Source: Amoebidium appalachense (lineage: Eukaryota; Protista; Ichthyosporea). From it: DNA of 64,000 nt. Below are positions 46,131 through 64,000 of this stretch, piece after piece. Location: the NCBI GenBank assembly GCA_963693365.1, contig CAVNZM010000001.1, positions 12,612,161 to 12,676,160 on the forward strand. The letters run 5' to 3'. Numbering within the stretch: the stretch's first letter is position 1; each line of letters begins with the position of its first letter. The translations under genes were made by a program, and so were the position numbers. The notes beneath the pieces were generated by a model that worked only from the letters and a program-made list of their open reading frames with translations, searched no databases and was not told the origin of the DNA.

Positions 46131-47327
46131 ATGCCGGCTACCTGTACGGACAGCTCGCCGCTGGCACCGTGCCGCAAGCTCAACCTCCTTGAGAGGTACC
46201 AGCCGCAGTCACGTGTCAACCAGGGGGCCTTTGCCACCGTCGTGACCGCCACGGATGCATCACGCAACAGTGACCAGCTATACGCTATCAAGCTCATACA
46301 CCCCACACGGTACCGCCCAGCCCGCGCGCGAAGAGAAGCAGCCATACACTCGCTATTCAGCCACCATCCGCACGTTATTAAGCTGCACGACTGGGGTGAG
46401 ATAGAAGATACTTTTGCACTGGTGATGGAGCTTGCCGTGACAGATCTGCTAGAGTGCATCGTGCCGGATGTTGGTCTGGGTGAGGAGGCTGCACTGCGCT
46501 ACGGTCTGCAAGTGGCCAGTGCGCTCGAGTATATGCACAGTAAAGGATATGTGCACCGTGACGTTAAACCTGAAAACATTGCTGTGATGGAAGACGGCAC
46601 AGCAAGATTAATCGATTTCGGCCACGCCACGGCCATCAGTGAGGTCGGCACAAACAACGCACAGGCCGGCACGTCGCAGTACCTCCCGCCAGAGTGTGTG
46701 GCGGGCAGACCGTCCGACCCGACAAAAATAGACGTCTGGGCATTGGCTGTTTGTCTTTTTGCGGCCGTGACTGGTAAGCAGCCCACTACCCCATCCTCAA
46801 TTCTATCACTCTGGCTGCCCATGCATATGTTTTCGACTTGCTGAGAAGTCTGCATTGTATGCACAGAAGTCTGTGAGTCGATCACGTTCACGCCTAGTGT
46901 TTTGTCTCTCTCTTTTTATTTTGCTAAGATAAAAGAAATTGCTTTTGCTAACCATTCTGCGTTTTGAACAGGTCGGTTTCCATGGTTGGTTGCAGGACTG
47001 CACGACAACGAGTACCAGCACTGGGCAAACGCCACCATCGGCCCACAGAATCGCGCCTACTGGATGCGGCTCAGCCCCCGCATGCTCATACTTTTGCGCA
47101 AATGCCTCGAGCCAGACCCGGCCAAGAGGTGGTCGGCTAGCCAGCTGCTACAGTACTTGCGTGCGTCTGCACAGATGACAGGAAGTAGTGTGACGGAAAA
47201 GGTACCACACGCACTGACCCAATTGGCGGGCAGTGTGATGGATAACGACTTGGTTAGGTACCCGTTGCAAGAGGGGGTGTTTAGAGATGGGCGGGACCGT
47301 CACAAGTGGATGATTTTTTTGTGTTGA
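46131..47327 (+). CDS. Ser/Thr protein kinase, SBK1 (SH3-binding kinase)-like, 2 exons
   Basis: Exons 46131-46773 and 46972-47327; intron GTAAGC...GCTAAC...CAG, phase 1. Motifs: YAIK, DLLECIVPDVGL, HRDVKPEN, DFG, GTSQYLPPE, DVWALAVCLFAAVTG|RFPW, LLRKCLEPDPAKR. Confidence 0.88.
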
Positions 47328-48839
47328 TGCTGCTAGTATTGGATAGTGCTTCTTTGTATTGAGTAGTGCTTCTTGTAGGTAATGTCAATTTTTGAAAGAG
47401 CGTAGCAAAACCGTGTGTTTTGGCACATGCACACGCCCTAATTTTCTAACATGAAATAATCGAGAAAAGTGCCCTGCTATCTTTTTTTTGTTGTAGCAAA
47501 ATTCAAGTATGATATTAACTGCTTCGAACAAATTTTTTCTTGCCGTTCTTGCTTTCAGGAGTTTTTCGTTTTGGAATGAAAGTTATTGTAAATTATGGGT
47601 ATTTGTGCATCCCTTCGGTTGTGCTTATAGTAACAACTAGTGCCCATGGCCGTTCATTTGTGTTGCAACCCTCTTCCGCTCACACAGGCCACCCACCCTT
47701 ACTGACACCCTGCACCTCACAAACTCTTGTTATCTTTCGACGCGAAACTCTTTTTTTTTTTCCCCGTTCTGAATAGTGCACCGGAGGCACATTTTTTTCA
47801 GGCACGAATATGATGTGAATGTATGCGTGTGTGGCATCATGGCTGGTTCATGTGCCCGCATTTTTGAAAAAGAAAACAAGAAATCTCTTTTGCCGAAACG
47901 TGTTCATGGAAACGAATGTGTGTGTCCTTTCACGAGCCTCATAACTTGTTAACTATGGTGCTCAAGTTGTACTGGTCCCCTACACTGTTCTCTCGAACGC
48001 ACGCCACTGAAGCCGAGTATGCCTTGACATTGCCCAGCCTCGGCATTTCTTTTTCTGTTGCCGGCATGCACCATCACGGGAAGAGTCCCGCAGTGTGTAC
48101 CACTGTGGCCATCCCCCCCCCCCTTCCCCCCCTTCCCCCCCTCTCACCCCCCTTCACCCCCCTCCCTCAAAAAAAGATATAACAAAAATAATAATAATAA
48201 TCGTTATTGCTTACTGCTGCAATTGCAATCTTACCACCCGTCCTTCCATCTGCTCTTGCCAGTGACGCCTGACTTGCATCCGTCATCCCTTCTCACTTTT
48301 GTGCTTGATCGTTCTGGGAGGGCAAGGCCCACCAACACGTTGTACCTCCGATGAAGAACTAAGCACAGATAAAGCCAGTGGGCATCAAATGCGCAGTTTA
48401 GTTGGTTAGACTTCGGGTAATGTGGATGATGCCGTCCTTGGATGGATGCATAATATATTAAATAATTAGTTGCATTCGATTTAGCAGTCGGGCATTATGC
48501 ACATGTACGTATTGACCACTCCCTCCGGCCAATATGTCAACACTTGAGGTGTTTTTGTAGGCCACATGCCGTTACAAACCTCTCGTACACCATATTCCTA
48601 CTTTTTTTCTAGTTTGATAGAAATCATTGATCCCGAGACAAGAGCACCTACATTTATCAATTACAGAGGCTGCCGGCGGGGAGGCACCCCGTCGAAACAC
48701 TGCAATGTCAAGTAGGATATATAGACAAATCAACACAAATCAAGAGCCCTAGGCGGGTGGAGGGGGGTGGGAGGGGGGGGGGGGGGGGGGGGGGGGGATA
48801 GGACGGGTTGGGATGCGTATATATATATATATATATATT

Positions 48840-49080
48840 TATTTAAGTATTTTTATTTTATCCCATTTTGTTCCCGGAGGTACCCCTAGGGGCCCTCAGG
48901 GGGAACTACCGTCTTCCACCCAGCACCGACAGTACTCTAGCTTAGGTGCTACGATGCTGGTATCTAAACTAACACACCTATAACAGTCCTAACTATATGT
49001 ACACACTTTGCCCACGGTATCACCCCAGCCGCGCCGGTGGCGTATATATACACGCATGTGCAGGGGAAAAAAGCGCTCAA
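48840..49080. repeat. structured dispersed repeat, copy 2 (opposite orientation)
   Basis: TATTTTATCCC (48854-48864), TACCGTCTTCC (48907-48917) and CCCACGGT (49011-49018) are reverse complements of the copy 1 words. Confidence 0.6.
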
Positions 49081-49527
49081 AGGGCAGCTGTGGCAAAATC
49101 ACCTGTGTTGAGGAGAATGATAGTGAAGTGTGTGGCCGGGTGATCATGAATGGAGGTTGATCCAAGGCCTACTTGCAATTGGTATGTAGTCTGATGCATG
49201 GTAGTAGTGCCATGAGCAGAAGAGGCTGCCCCGCAAATATTAGTAGCTTACAGCTAGAAGACGGTCACATGAGGTAAATGGCATAAAAATAGAATAAATC
49301 AAAGAATCGATTATGAACAGAAATGAATCATCTGCGAAACATGAATTTGCGCTCCTTATCACAATGGTTGTGTGCACGTGCATTTCGAGTCTTTTGTTTC
49401 CTTTTTTTTTTTTTTTTTTTGTGGGTGGGTGGGTGGGTGGTGGTGGTGGTGGTGGTGGTGGTAGATGTGGTGGTGGTGGTGGTGGTGGTGGGTGGGTGTG
49501 TGTGTGTGTGTGGGTGGGTGGGTGGGT

Positions 49528-49585
<58 letters not shown>

Positions 49586-49870
49586 GTTGTTCGGAAATCT
49601 GACGCAGTTTTTCGTCATGCCGTTGTGTGTATTTATTTGTGTATGTGTGTGTGTGTGTATGCGTGTGTGCGCGTGTGTGTGTGTGTGCGTGTGTGCGTGT
49701 GTGTGTGTGATATCATGACCGCGCGTGTATGTGTGCGTCTGTGTGCGCGTGTGCGTGCGTGTGCGTGTGCGCGCTTACGTGCGCGCTTTCACGCTTGCGT
49801 CTGTGTGTACATGTGAGTCACAGTGTGCCACGGTGTGGATGCTCACTGGCAGAAGTTCGTTGTCACCACC

Positions 49871-49964
<94 letters not shown>

Positions 49965-49981
49965 GTGCGTGTGTGTGCGTG

Positions 49982-50012
<31 letters not shown>

Positions 50013-51262
50013 TGTATGTGTTGTGTGTGTGTGTGTACATGTGTTTGTGTGTGTGCACGTGTGTGTGTCTGTCTGTGTGTGTGTGTGTGTGTGTGCTTTC
50101 CCACGTGTACATGTGTGTGTGTGTGTGTTCGGACGGCTGTGTGTTGGGCCATGTGTACACAAACTTTGAAATTTAGCCCTCCTCAGGACAGACGCTTTCG
50201 TACACCGTGCGGCATATCATGATTCTGCACGAACACGAATGAATGACACCATAAAGCACTGGTGCGTGTTTAGCTAATCGTCAGAGTCCATTTTAAACCT
50301 ATTATAGCAAGTAGATACCCAAAACTGGTAATGCCTAAAACAATTATCTCGCTCTAAGGGGACCCTCCTCCTACCAGTCCATGTGGGGTTACGTTGGATG
50401 TGCTATTTCTCGCAGATTTGCCAACACTATGCTATATATTATCAATCATAAACCATGCATCATACTACAATTGTTGATCTTTTACGATAATATATTGTTC
50501 GTCTCCTTGAAAAGTTGTTCAGCTCCCGGGGCCCGGGCGTGGGTCTAAACGCTACATTGGGGTTGAAGTAACCGATTTCAGAAATGTGAAAGTTAAGCAA
50601 AATATGAATAAAACAGTAACTATGTACAAATGTATATTCGCAAAAAAATTTGTATTTAAGATATTTAATATAATAAATAAATATTGGAACGTAAAATGAA
50701 GCTGGCAATCAACTATAACGTGCTCTATGTATCTGAAAATCAAGTACGTAAAAATGCAGCACTTTTCAGCAAATTGATCTGGGGGGGTCTTAGCGAAGGT
50801 GCGTAGTCACGCCGTTTTTTTGTGAGCCACAAGCACAGGGTTAGATATAAAACTCATTGAAATATTTTGTAACTTTTCAAATCAATTCTGTACTTCGGAG
50901 GAGCTGTCATAGTTTTGAGCTGAAACTTTTTTGGAAAATATTGAGCCGTATCGGTTCAATATTCCAACCCTGAACTTACGGATATCGGCCCAACCGTTTC
51001 TTCTCCAGTCAAAAAACTTCGTTTACACTCGAGGGCGGGCCACAAACGTGTGCCAAGTATTCAAGTATTCCGAGTGGTGTGCATCTATTAACCTCTCTTT
51101 TGTAGTTTTCAGTATACCAGGATTGTAGGTGTTTAATGTTCGGTTGAAACCTGATTTAGGGTGTGTGGGACAACCTGCGAAACGTTTTGATAAACAGGTG
51201 GCACCGAGTTTGCATCATATAAAGTTTCTTGTTACACCCCCACCCAGAGGGGTACATAAAAC

Positions 51263-63138
<11,876 letters not shown>

Positions 63139-63213
63139 GTAAACATCCTTCCATCCCTCCCTCTCCGCGACACACACACAAACAAAAAAAAAAAAAAAAA
63201 AAAAAAAAAGGAA

Positions 63214-63245
<32 letters not shown>

Positions 63246-63321
63246 AGAAGAAAAGAAAGAAAACCTCACCCACACGCACACACAGAATGCTTACTTACAC
63301 ACATATCCCCGCCCCCTCCCC

Positions 63322-63357
<36 letters not shown>

Positions 63358-63717
63358 GGGGCTCCTATAGCTATTCTAACCCCCCTGCCCCCCCCAAAGC
63401 ACATACTACTCCGTATCCTTGCTTGTGCATGCTTAGGGCTGGGCAGCAAAGAGGCACCCCATTCTAGCTGTTGCTGTGTCTCTAGCCCTGTCACTCCGTG
63501 GAGTATTGTTGTTGTGACGGCCCAGTGAGATTTAATAGGACGTAGGCCTACAGCCATACATGCATTGTCTGGTAATGGGTGAGGCCAGACGATGATGGGC
63601 AAGGATGGGGGCTAACGGATTATCCCCCATTCTCCATGAGCATCTTGGGCATCTTGGAATGAACATGCAATGACACACTTGCACGTGCGGCTGCACACAC
63701 AGACACACGTACATGCA

Positions 63718-63768
<51 letters not shown>

Positions 63769-63897
63769 TACCAAACACACAGGTACATACACACATTCGG
63801 GCATAAACTCACATGTGCGTACATCTTTACCCGAGTGCACGTACACAAGCACTTAGGCATACAAGCATTCATGGACACACACACACACGTACGCGCG

Positions 63898-63950
<53 letters not shown>

Positions 63951-64000
63951 ACACGTACACACACGCACACACACACACACGCACACACGCACACACACAC

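Noticed and set aside
50330-51200. AT-rich block upstream of the transporter as a transposon
   Set aside because: No convincing TIRs, TSD or ORF found by eye.

Overview
Eukaryotic genomic DNA; the species cannot be determined from the window. Two intron-rich + strand host genes flank a ~28 kb nested transposon island (~15.5-43.6 kb). On the left is a PKA-catalytic-subunit-like AGC kinase (~2.2-10.9 kb), followed by a 1.57 kb tandem duplication of its 3' end. On the right is an H+/myo-inositol (SLC2A13/INT-like) MFS transporter (51.3 kb to beyond the window end). Their introns are full of (CA)n/(GT)n and poly-C/poly-G, and several acceptors have (CA)n running straight into the AG. The island resolves by target-site duplications (TSDs) into six layers: a degenerate tyrosine-recombinase (DIRS/Ngaro-like) retroelement > a piggyBac-like DNA transposon with non-canonical TGATAAT..ATTATCA ends and no TTAA > chromodomain Gypsy A > Copia 2 > Gypsy B (same family as A) > a solo LTR. 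It also holds an RT-deleted Copia 1, a third Gypsy remnant and a LINE 3' fragment. A two-exon SBK1-like kinase lies at 46.1-47.3 kb. Almost all short ORFs in the track are microsatellite translations. All calls were made by eye; family names rest on motif recognition, not database searches.
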